Assembly: GCA_038250235.1 (NCBI GenBank)
Contig: JBBSCO010000004.1
Span: 4,645 to 68,644 of the forward strand
From: Candidatus Methylacidiphilales bacterium
GTDB lineage: Bacteria > Verrucomicrobiota > Verrucomicrobiia > Methylacidiphilales > JAAUTS01
Length of the DNA stretch: 64,000 nucleotides
Direction: 5' to 3'
Positions within the stretch are counted from its first letter, which is position 1. Every line of letters starts with the position of its first letter. Of the stretch, positions 1 through 8,288 are shown piece after piece. The notes under the pieces are model-generated. The model worked only from the letters and a program-made list of their open reading frames with translations. It had not been told where the DNA came from and ran no database searches. The position numbers were made by a program, and so were the translations under genes.

Positions 1-377
1 CGCCGGGCCCCTGGCTCTTTTATGATGATGTCCCTCTGGTGTTGCGGATGTCGGCCTCCACCCCTCTTGTTCAACCTCTCCGGCTTGATGTTTTTCCAAG
101 TACTCTCAGTCCCCGCACCGGCAAGTTAAACTTTGCCCCCGGCAATCTTACCGAAACCAGGCGCACAACGAAAGAAATCTCCTACGAGCTCTCACATACT
201 GGTGGTAAGGATACGATTATTTTTGAAGCGTCAACACCCCACCGCATGATTTCGTGGGAACGTGCGGATGGCTCCAAACTCCATTTAAAGAAAAGCGTTC
301 TGTCGGATTATTGGAATCAGAACCGGGTGGAAGACGCAGATGCGCTGGATCGTTTGCCGGATCAGCGTAAGAAATAG
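1..377 (+). CDS. hypothetical protein, C-terminal part (the gene starts left of the window)
   Basis: Frame 3 is open from base 3 to the TAG at 375-377. The listed ORF 39..377 is only its Met-initiated tail. No family motif recognised. Confidence 0.35.
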   Translation, partial: PGPWLFYDDVPLVLRMSASTPLVQPLRLDVFPSTLSPRTGKLNFAPGNLTETRRTTKEISYELSHTGGKDTIIFEASTPHRMISWERADGSKLHLKKSVLSDYWNQNRVEDADALDRLPDQRKK

Positions 378-451
378 CCCCGTAAAACTTCTGGGACTTC
401 CTGTTGTTTGTTCCCGGCTTTCCGTTAATCTCTTTCTCAAGCCTCTCCTTC

Positions 452-1486
452 ATGTATCTCCATTCCCTCGCCAACCGGGTTCCTTCGCATCGCTTTTCCC
501 AAAAAGAGGTCTGGGATTCACTACAGAAGTCAACGTGGGCACGGGAACTGAGGCCGGGAGCGATGGAGCTTCTGAACAAAGTGCTCAATGGCAACAGCGG
601 GATCGACTCGCGCCATTTCTGCTGCTCCGATCTGGATGAACTTTTTACCCTGAATGCAGAGTCTCTTAATCATCGATTTGAAGAAACAGGCCCTGCTCTT
701 GGCGCTGAAGCTTTACGGGACGCCCTTGGGAAGGCGGGATTGAATCCGTCAGAATTGGATGCGCTTTTTGTTTGCACCTGCACCGGCTATATCTGTCCGG
801 GGTTGGCTTCGCACATTTCGCATCGCGTGGGATTACGTGGCGATGCCTTTCTTCTGGATAACGTGGGACAGGGCTGCGGTGCTGCCATTCCCACAATGCG
901 TGCCGCCCACAATTTTGCCAAAGTCCATCCTCAGGCGAAAGTGGCCTGTGTGGCAGTGGAAATTTGTTCGGCCGCCTTTTATCTGGACAACGATCCCGGG
1001 GTTCTGATCAGTGCCGCGCTTTTTGCCGATGGTGCCAGTGCCAGTATCTGGAGCGGGGAAAAGAGCGGAGATAAAGGAATCAGACCCCTTTATTGCGGGG
1101 GATTTCAGACACTGCATCTTCCGGAGAAACGGGAACTGCTGCGTTTTGTCAACGCGGGGGGAAAACTGCGCAATGTGTTGGACAAAGCCGTGCCGGCCCT
1201 GGCTGCCGAAACGGTCACAGAACTTTATCTGGCAAGCGGCAGCCGGCCTGCAACAACGGTTTTGATCCATCCCGGAGGTAAAAAAGTGATCGAAGCCGTG
1301 GAACAAAAACTACCAGCCGAAGGCTACAGCTACAGCCGTGAGGTTCTGCGCCAGAACGGAAACATGAGCAGTCCCTCGGTTCTCTTTGCTTTGGAAAAGG
1401 CCCTGCAGGACGGGGTCGCGGATGCCTGGCTGTGTTCCTTCGGAGCGGGATACACTTGTTATGCCTGTGGGATCAGGCAGGTTTAG
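452..1486 (+). CDS. type III polyketide synthase (chalcone synthase-like, KAS III fold)
   Basis: ORF 404..1486, with the ATG at 452 (MYLHSLANRVPSHRFSQ) preferred. All three Cys-His-Asn triad contexts are present: GQGCGAAIPTMR, LIHPGGKKVIE, NGNMSSPSVLF. C-terminal FGAGYT. Confidence 0.8.
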   Translation: MYLHSLANRVPSHRFSQKEVWDSLQKSTWARELRPGAMELLNKVLNGNSGIDSRHFCCSDLDELFTLNAESLNHRFEETGPALGAEALRDALGKAGLNPSELDALFVCTCTGYICPGLASHISHRVGLRGDAFLLDNVGQGCGAAIPTMRAAHNFAKVHPQAKVACVAVEICSAAFYLDNDPGVLISAALFADGASASIWSGEKSGDKGIRPLYCGGFQTLHLPEKRELLRFVNAGGKLRNVLDKAVPALAAETVTELYLASGSRPATTVLIHPGGKKVIEAVEQKLPAEGYSYSREVLRQNGNMSSPSVLFALEKALQDGVADAWLCSFGAGYTCYACGIRQV

Positions 1487-1499
1487 GTCCTGACAGACC

Positions 1500-1937
1500 C
1501 TAACCCAGGGTGGACGGTAGTCCGAACAGATCGGGCTCTTCCTCCTCTGCAAAAAGGTGATCCGGGAGTGGAGCAAAGAGAGGTGCCTCCAGCACTGGCA
1601 TACGCGGATGTCCGAACTGTTTCAATTCCTCCGCATCGGCGGCACGTGTCACCACCCGGATGATGGAGTTTCCAGCTTTCGTCTCCAGCACTCCCCTTAT
1701 AACCAACCCATTGCAGACATCTGCCCAAAGCAGTTTTCCGGTCAGGTCGGAACGTTCGGCAAAATGGGTGGCGGGAATATCCAGCAGGACGGCAGCTTTT
1801 TTGTTCTGCCACCAATCGAGGATCTCGCTGCGGGCAAAGCCGGCCCAAACCTGGCGGATGGCGCCGGATTTACCGGAGGCGATTATTTTTTTGCCGGGTT
1901 TGAAGAGCTTGTCTTTTTTCTTGAAAAAGGCGCACAT
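1500..1937 (-). CDS. short SRAP (SOS response-associated peptidase, YedK-like) domain protein
   Basis: N-terminal Met-Cys (MCAFF), then ARSE, IPATHFAE and GHPRMPVLE. These resemble the YedK motifs MCGR, NARxE, PAxGFYEW and HDRMPV. At 145 aa it is much shorter than typical SRAP proteins. Confidence 0.4.
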   Translation of the reverse strand: MCAFFKKKDKLFKPGKKIIASGKSGAIRQVWAGFARSEILDWWQNKKAAVLLDIPATHFAERSDLTGKLLWADVCNGLVIRGVLETKAGNSIIRVVTRAADAEELKQFGHPRMPVLEAPLFAPLPDHLFAEEEEPDLFGLPSTLG

Positions 1938-1940
1938 AAA

Positions 1941-2699
1941 TCAGAGTCCACTGGGAGCGTCGATGAAGGACCAGGGCAGTTTGAATTTTTTGGAGAGATG
2001 TGCGGCAAGTGCTTTGACTCCGAAGGTTTCTGTGGCGTAGTGGCCTCCGTAGATCACGTTGATTTCGAGTTCCTGGGCGGTGGAAAAAGTCCAGTGATTG
2101 CCTTCACCGGTGATGAAGGTGTCCACTCCCTCCCCGGCTGCTTTGGCCAGGCTGTTGCCGGCCCCTCCGGTCACGATGCCTACGCGTTTGACTGTGATGG
2201 GTCCGAAAGGCAGCAAGAGGGGTTTTGCTCCGGTCGCCTTGCCCACACGGGCCAGGAGTTCCTCACGTTGCCAGGAACCTTTGGCCTGATATCCGAGGTG
2301 GATTCCTTTTTCAAAGAAGAAGGGGGATGTTTTTTTCAGGCCGAGAGCTTTGGCTAACAAAATATTATTTCCAAGGACGGGATGGGCGTCGAGGGGGAGG
2401 TGGGAGCTGTAGATGGCGAGGTTGTTTTCAACGGCCAGATTGAACCATTGGTAACGGACTCCGGTGACCGGGCAGAGGGGGGACCAGCCGATACCGTGAT
2501 GAACGACGAGGAGGTCCGCTTTGACGGCCACTGCTTCGCCAATGGTCAGGAGGTTGGCATCGACGGCGGCGGCGATGCGCGTAAGGTGCCCGTTGTTCTC
2601 GAGCTGGAGGCCGTTCAGTGCTCCGGGATAATCCTGGAAGCCTTGGTGTGAGAGATGTTTTTCAGTGTACTCAACAAGGCGGGTCAGCTCGGTAGCCAT
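1941..2699 (-). CDS. NIF3 family dinuclear-metal-centre protein (GTP cyclohydrolase 1 type 2 homolog)
   Basis: ORF 1941..2786, with the internal ATG at 2699 (MATELTRLVEY) preferred. Motifs LLVVHHGIGW, SSHLPLDAHP, GGHYATETFG. Confidence 0.8.
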   Translation of the reverse strand: MATELTRLVEYTEKHLSHQGFQDYPGALNGLQLENNGHLTRIAAAVDANLLTIGEAVAVKADLLVVHHGIGWSPLCPVTGVRYQWFNLAVENNLAIYSSHLPLDAHPVLGNNILLAKALGLKKTSPFFFEKGIHLGYQAKGSWQREELLARVGKATGAKPLLLPFGPITVKRVGIVTGGAGNSLAKAAGEGVDTFITGEGNHWTFSTAQELEINVIYGGHYATETFGVKALAAHLSKKFKLPWSFIDAPSGL

Positions 2700-2835
2700 G
2701 GCTGATTTTGCCGCGAACCGGGAAGCGACGCAAGCGTTGTCGTTGAATAAAAGGGAATCAACACGATCAAATGAAGGGCAATACACCGGGCCTTGGTTTT
2801 GGGAACACTGACCTCGTCGCTGAAGATTGAGTATC

Positions 2836-4449
2836 TTACTCAGGGATGACGGATTTTGTAAGATATTCTTTGAGAGCGAATTGAGCGGATTGGCGATCCG
2901 GATAGCCGGAGGCTGCCAGTTGGAGAACTTTTTGCCCTAAATTTCGTTCCCCGCGCCACACGGCCTTAAACTTGGCAGAGTAGGCATAAAAATTGTCTGT
3001 TGAAACGTCATTCTGGGGACTGGAACTATTTTCCCAGGCAACATAAAAAACATACCAGTCGTTCGGGCCCTGGCGGAAGGTATAGGCATCGAGAGTGAAA
3101 GGGATGCTGTTAATGGTCCAACTCTCTCGGGATTTCTCACCGACAGGGGCGGCGCCAATCGCAGGAAGACAGATCTCGGGGGAATGACTTCTCGTCAGTT
3201 GCGCGGAAATCCGGCCGGGATACCAGACCAGTTCGAAGAAATTCCAAACTGTTCCGTCCGGATTACGGAACAGGCCCTGGGTTCCTTCGTTGTAGCGCAG
3301 GATGGTCTGGACTTTCTCCGAAATTTCCCGTTTTTGGAAGGTTTCCGATTCTTGCGGCCAGGAGAGGGTCCAGTTTCGCCCGCTGGTCTGATGTTGCTCA
3401 TGGCTGAGATACCAAAGACGTGTGCCGACTTCACAAAACAAAAGCCACAAGCCCATGGCGGCCAGCCATTTTCCGGAAAAGCGTGCTTGCGTTGGGGGAT
3501 TGGCCGGGGAGGCGGACTTAGGATGGGGCGCAGGGCCCGCGATTTTGTAGGCAATTAATAAAAGCAGGCCGAAGGAGATGAGAAGGATTGCATAGCCGGC
3601 TGGGTCATGCCATTCCTCCAGAGATTTGGAACCGCTGCGGGTGAAGAAAAATGCCAGGGAGAATGCCCGGAGACAATTCAGGAGAAAAGCCAGAACCAGG
3701 CCAGAGACCAGGAGGAAAAGACGTTTGGCCCCTGACAGACGGGAGAGTTCGCCAATAAACAAAGCGGCCATGAGCGTGGATTGGAAGGAGCGGACGCCGC
3801 TGCAGGCCTCATCAATGCCGACCACCCCACCCGGAAGTTCGATCAGATTACCGCGTTGGAGGGCGAAGATGCCGCACCAGTTCAGGGCTTCGACCGTTAC
3901 CGTGGTGACGGATTGCATCATATTTTGAATGACGGCCTGTTCCGGCACCGTGGGCCAAGGAACGGCCAAAAGCATGAAAACGAAGGGAAAGGAAAAATGC
4001 CGTAGCCAGGAAGAGCCCCCTGCACGGTAGAGAGCCAGTAGGGTCAGGCCCAGGACACAAAAGGCAAGCCACCAGCTGACCAGTCGCCAGTCAGGGTTGG
4101 CTTCCTGCACCAAACGCCCCGGCAACAACAGGAAAGCCAGGCCAGTCGCAAGGGAGACCTGGAGGATAGTTGAGTAGAGCGATAAGTTAGGAGATTCAGG
4201 CTTGGGCCTGTCTTCCCAGCGGCGGTAGAGCAGGTAGAAGCCGAGGAGGGGCATCAGCCAGCCGTAGCTGTATTGGGGGTTGATCGACCACTCTACCTGC
4301 AGTTGATTAAACAACATCAGCCAAAGAGCTGCCAGTAAAAGTCCGGCGCCACGGCAGTGCTCCACCAGAGCGGCGCAGCACCGCTGAAAAAGGGGGAGGT
4401 CTGAAGTCGGAGGCATCCAACAACTTATAGCGTATGAAGGAAAATCCAA
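2836..4449 (-). CDS. exosortase (EpsH/Xrt family) fused to a C-terminal EpsI-like domain
   Basis: The multi-TM N-terminal half carries the exosortase signature residues in context: IDEACSGVRS (Cys), LLNCLRAF (Arg), WHDPAGYAILL (His). About 200 aa of soluble C-terminal domain follow, as in EpsI fusions. The start could be the second Met (MPPTSD). Confidence 0.8.
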   Translation of the reverse strand: MDFPSYAISCWMPPTSDLPLFQRCCAALVEHCRGAGLLLAALWLMLFNQLQVEWSINPQYSYGWLMPLLGFYLLYRRWEDRPKPESPNLSLYSTILQVSLATGLAFLLLPGRLVQEANPDWRLVSWWLAFCVLGLTLLALYRAGGSSWLRHFSFPFVFMLLAVPWPTVPEQAVIQNMMQSVTTVTVEALNWCGIFALQRGNLIELPGGVVGIDEACSGVRSFQSTLMAALFIGELSRLSGAKRLFLLVSGLVLAFLLNCLRAFSLAFFFTRSGSKSLEEWHDPAGYAILLISFGLLLLIAYKIAGPAPHPKSASPANPPTQARFSGKWLAAMGLWLLFCEVGTRLWYLSHEQHQTSGRNWTLSWPQESETFQKREISEKVQTILRYNEGTQGLFRNPDGTVWNFFELVWYPGRISAQLTRSHSPEICLPAIGAAPVGEKSRESWTINSIPFTLDAYTFRQGPNDWYVFYVAWENSSSPQNDVSTDNFYAYSAKFKAVWRGERNLGQKVLQLAASGYPDRQSAQFALKEYLTKSVIPE

Positions 4450-4648
4450 AATCTAAAAACAAACATTGCTTTGTAATCCCAGAGGCTTGTCGTCCATGGA
4501 TTATGAACCTATTCCAAAAGACTCCGTATTGCAGCGGTTCTGCTGCCGGGGTTCTGGCTTGATATTTCCACGCGCGGGCTGGGCGGAAGCAAAGGGAAAC
4601 AATACCTACGTCAGGCTGTTACGTATGCTGTAGAAAAAGGGGGAAGCA

Positions 4649-5533
4649 TCAGGCCGACATCATTTCCGGCTGCATGTTGACAGAAAAATAGAGTCTGTGC
4701 TGGCCGCCGCCGGAAAGAACACCGCGGATGAGGCTGACATCGCTGTAATCGCGTCCCCATCCCAGGGTCACATAATCGTTCAGAGCCATCCGGTTGTTGG
4801 TCGGGTCCAGATCGACCCAGCCATAACCCGGACAGAAGACGGACGTCCAGGCGTGGGAGGCGTCCGCGCCAAAAATGCGGGGTTTTCCGCGCGGCGGCTC
4901 AGTCCGGACATAACCGCTGACATAACGAGCGGCAAGCCCCAACGAGCGGAGGCAGGCAATCATGATGTGTGCAAAATCCTGGCATACCCCCTTGCGTTCC
5001 CGGAAAACATCCATGACCGGGGTGCTGACCGTAGTGGCAGCCGGATCAAAATCGAAGTCTTCGAAAATGCGCTGGTTCAAGTCGAGAGCAGCATCCAGCA
5101 GAGGGCGTTGGGGGAGGAAAGAAAGCAGGGCGTAGTCGCGAAGTTCCGGCAGGTAGGGGATAAGTGGGGATTCGTGCAAAAACTCCGCCACGTGCAGCCC
5201 GCTCTGCGTCTGATCCCTGAGCAGCATATCCACGCTCTGCTCCCATAAAGGTGTCTGTCGTGCGGAAGGGATCAGGCGGGAGAGAACCTCCACCCGGCTC
5301 CGGGCCGTGATCTGAAGCCGGAGGTGGGGTTCTTCGATGGTAAAAAAAAGACTGCTGTTGCCAAAGTAGTCAGTGCGCTCGCGCTGGGTGTTGGGGCGGG
5401 GATGGATGTCCAGAAGGCAATGTTGGACTTTTTGGTAATCCATCGTGCGCGGCTGCAGGTGGATGGTGTGGTTGGAAATGGTGACCGGTTCGGAGTAGCG
5501 GTATTCGGTCTTGTGATAAACCTCGTAGATCAC
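4649..5533 (-). CDS. transglutaminase-like cysteine protease family protein (COG1305 type)
   Basis: Motifs GVCQDFAHIMIACLRSLGLAARYVSGY, SHAWTSVF and VDLDPTN give a Cys-His-Asp core. The ORF runs to 5620, but GTG at 5533 (VIYEVYHKTEYRY) forms a GTGA start/stop overlap with the upstream gene and fits the usual N-terminus. Confidence 0.85.
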   Translation of the reverse strand: MIYEVYHKTEYRYSEPVTISNHTIHLQPRTMDYQKVQHCLLDIHPRPNTQRERTDYFGNSSLFFTIEEPHLRLQITARSRVEVLSRLIPSARQTPLWEQSVDMLLRDQTQSGLHVAEFLHESPLIPYLPELRDYALLSFLPQRPLLDAALDLNQRIFEDFDFDPAATTVSTPVMDVFRERKGVCQDFAHIMIACLRSLGLAARYVSGYVRTEPPRGKPRIFGADASHAWTSVFCPGYGWVDLDPTNNRMALNDYVTLGWGRDYSDVSLIRGVLSGGGQHRLYFSVNMQPEMMSA

Positions 5534-8082
5534 AGCAGCTCCCGCAGAAGATTTTCTCCATGTCCGGCGCTGGAGGGGCGGAGATGGCTGAAATAACGCA
5601 GGGCGATGAGATTGGAACATTCACCCACCGCATTCTCGACCTGTTCGAGCTGTTGCAAAAGGAGGGTTCGTGAGGCGGGGTCACTTTCCAGGCTGAAATT
5701 CAGCAGTTGGATCTGGCTGTGCGCACGCTGGATCAGTTTTTCCTCGGCATGGGGTGTGGTATCTGCCGGATCCCGCGGCAGTTCTTCCAGGTGTCCAGAA
5801 ACATAACGGAGCTGGCTGGCCAGAGAGCGGGGATTGTCCTCATCGGTCAACACCAGATCCAGAACAGCATCCTGCTGGAGGGAAAAATACTTCTGCCGGT
5901 AAGTGATGACACAGTCGAATATTTCCAACAGCAGTTCGAGCCGGGAAGACTGGTTTTCCGCAGTTGCCTGGAGGGACTCTAAAATAAGGCGTGTGCTGTA
6001 AAGGGAACGCTCAAGCTTGCGTCCAAGCTGCAAAAATCTCCAACCGACGCTCTGGGTCATATTTTCACCGGTCATGCCGTTGAAAGCAGACAGGGAAAGA
6101 ATGACGTTGTTGAGGATCAGCAACTGGTCAGCCAACTGTGGTTCGTCGCCGGAGGAGTCCCGCTCCAGATTTTCCTTGAGCTGGTTAAGGATGCGCCAGG
6201 TGTCGGTGGAAATCCTGTCCCGGACGGTGGCGGCGATACCATGGAGCCGCTCCACTATGGCCCGCAGACTGCCCGGTCTCTGGGGATCAAACAGGTCGTG
6301 GGAGAGTGTGTTTTCCACCAGTTCCCGCGGCATGGTTATATCGGGGACCAGGCTGAGCTGGTCAAAGTAGGCCAAGGTCTGCAGCACCGGAAAAATGGCT
6401 TCCATTTCGTGGCGTTCCTGCTCAAGGGTGAGACGGTTGATCATGCCGCGGTAGAGGCGGGCGGTGGATTCGCTGCGTTCGGCGTAACGTCCCAGCCAGA
6501 AAAGATTATCTGCCACACGGCTGGGCAGGTCATAGGTGCCGCGACGGAGGGCAACGGAGCTGTGAAGCGGCAGCAAGCTGATATACTCGCGGTAGGAGGT
6601 GGCTTCCACCCAGGTGTCTTTGCTGCCGCCGCCCTGTTGCATGGAAACGGTGTGGCTGGTCTCCGAGTTGGCCACGCGGGTCAGGCCACCCGGCATCACG
6701 ATGTAATTCCCATCCGTGTTTACAGAGACAAAAACACGCATCAGGATGGAGCGTGATTCGAGACGGTTTCCCAGGTAGGCAGGTGCCTCGGACAGGCGGA
6801 CCTGTTCCTGGGCGACAAAAGCACGCGGACGTTCTTCGATCTGCCTGAGTAATGTGGTTTTTTCCCGGGCGGAGAGCCGGTCGCCGAAAATGGGCAGGGA
6901 ATTCGGCCCGGGAAAAGTCGGTCGCAACACGAGGCGGTCGAGGTTCTTCTTGACGTAGTTTTTGGCCGGATCTTCGCCACACCACCAAGTGGCCACGGAG
7001 GGCATGTGCAGATCTTCGCCAAGGACGTGGCGGCAGAGACCGGGCAGGAATCCGCTGAGCGCGGGCGTTTGGACCAGGCTGCTGCCCAGGCTGTTGGCCA
7101 CGGTGACATTTCCGCTGCGAATGACTTCCACCAGCCCGGGAATCCCCAGAAGGGAATCCCCCTTCAATTCAAGTGGATCGCAGTAGCTGTCGTCCACACG
7201 CCGTAGAATAACATCCACCTGGCGCAATCCACCCAGGGTTTTTAGATAAACCTTGCGCTCGCGAACAAGCAGGTCCGAGCCTTCGACGAGAGGATAGCCC
7301 AGGTAGCGGGCAAGGTATGCGTGTTCGAAATAAGTTTCATTGTAGGGCCCCGGAGTCAGAAGGACGGTGCGCGGGGCATGGTCGCTGCGGGGGGAGAGAC
7401 TGGCCAGCATGCTCTGGGTGGAGCGGAAGAAGGAGGCCAGTCTTTCGATTTTTCCATCATGAAAGGCTTCGGGAAGAACCCGGCTCATGACGATACGGTT
7501 TTCCAGAGCATAACCTGCGCCGGAGGGGGATTGGGTGCGGTCGGCCAGCACCCACCAGGTTCCATCGGGGGAGCGTGCCAGATCGACGGCGTAAAGGTGC
7601 AGCCGGATATTTTTCGGGACGGTCAGGCCGTGGCAGGGGCGCAGGTAATCAGGGTGGGCCAGAACGAGTGAGGAAGGCAGCAAACCATCCTGTAGAAGTT
7701 TCTGAGGGCCATAGAAATCGTTGAGTAGGTTGTTAAGGAGGCGGGCACGTTGGATGATGGAGCGTTCAATGTGTTGCCATTCCGTGCCGGAAATGCAGAG
7801 AGGGATGGCATCCAGCATCCAGGGCCGCAACATGCCTTTTGGATCGTTATAGATATGGTAAGCCACCCCGTTGTCCCGTAGGATACGTTCGGCTTGTTGC
7901 CAATACTCGCTGAGACTGTCTAACCCTTCGGGCCTGAGGTAGGGCAGCACCTTGCCCCACTGCGGACGGAACTGCCCCTGAGTGTCGAGGAGTTCATTGT
8001 AGGCCGTTTTTTGTCCCCCCTGTGGCAGACGGCAGGAGATGGATCGGGTCTGGGATTGGGATTGGAATTGAGAGTTGGGCAT
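5530..8082 (-). CDS. circularly permuted type-2 ATP-grasp domain fused to an alpha-E domain (COG2308 + COG2307)
   Basis: The N-terminal ~480 aa have the LDAIPLCISGTEWQHIERSIIQRARLLNNLLNDFYG pattern of CP ATP-grasp proteins. The C-terminal ~320 aa contain SRVADNLFWLGRYAERSE, typical of alpha-E. ATG at 8082 (MPNSQF) is preferred over the ORF start at 8136, which lies inside the upstream repeat motif. Confidence 0.85.
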   Translation of the reverse strand: MPNSQFQSQSQTRSISCRLPQGGQKTAYNELLDTQGQFRPQWGKVLPYLRPEGLDSLSEYWQQAERILRDNGVAYHIYNDPKGMLRPWMLDAIPLCISGTEWQHIERSIIQRARLLNNLLNDFYGPQKLLQDGLLPSSLVLAHPDYLRPCHGLTVPKNIRLHLYAVDLARSPDGTWWVLADRTQSPSGAGYALENRIVMSRVLPEAFHDGKIERLASFFRSTQSMLASLSPRSDHAPRTVLLTPGPYNETYFEHAYLARYLGYPLVEGSDLLVRERKVYLKTLGGLRQVDVILRRVDDSYCDPLELKGDSLLGIPGLVEVIRSGNVTVANSLGSSLVQTPALSGFLPGLCRHVLGEDLHMPSVATWWCGEDPAKNYVKKNLDRLVLRPTFPGPNSLPIFGDRLSAREKTTLLRQIEERPRAFVAQEQVRLSEAPAYLGNRLESRSILMRVFVSVNTDGNYIVMPGGLTRVANSETSHTVSMQQGGGSKDTWVEATSYREYISLLPLHSSVALRRGTYDLPSRVADNLFWLGRYAERSESTARLYRGMINRLTLEQERHEMEAIFPVLQTLAYFDQLSLVPDITMPRELVENTLSHDLFDPQRPGSLRAIVERLHGIAATVRDRISTDTWRILNQLKENLERDSSGDEPQLADQLLILNNVILSLSAFNGMTGENMTQSVGWRFLQLGRKLERSLYSTRLILESLQATAENQSSRLELLLEIFDCVITYRQKYFSLQQDAVLDLVLTDEDNPRSLASQLRYVSGHLEELPRDPADTTPHAEEKLIQRAHSQIQLLNFSLESDPASRTLLLQQLEQVENAVGECSNLIALRYFSHLRPSSAGHGENLLRELL

Positions 8083-8110
8083 GGGAAACGGAAGGATTAG
8101 GAACAGGAGT

Positions 8111-8149
8111 TTAACGCAAAGCCTGAAAAGCTGCAAAGCAAAGAGAAGG
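8111..8149 (-). promoter_or_regulatory. TTAACGCAAAG / GCAAAG-periodic motif upstream of the ATP-grasp gene (weaker copy)
   Basis: ttaacgcaaag at 8111-8121 matches the first 11 nt of the identical 19-mer at 24899 and 37527. It is followed by cctgaaaag ctgcaaag caaag. It lies 29 nt upstream of ATG 8082 on the coding strand. Confidence 0.4.
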
Positions 8150-8288
8150 CCGGTGATAAGTTAAGTAGGAAGTTGGGCATAGGTTGCAGCCGGGCCTTTC
8201 AACGGAAGTGCCCTTGCTTCAAGATGATGAAAACAAGCAATCCCAATGCCAGACTTAAAAAGCTCATTTTCAAGTATGGTAAAAATAG

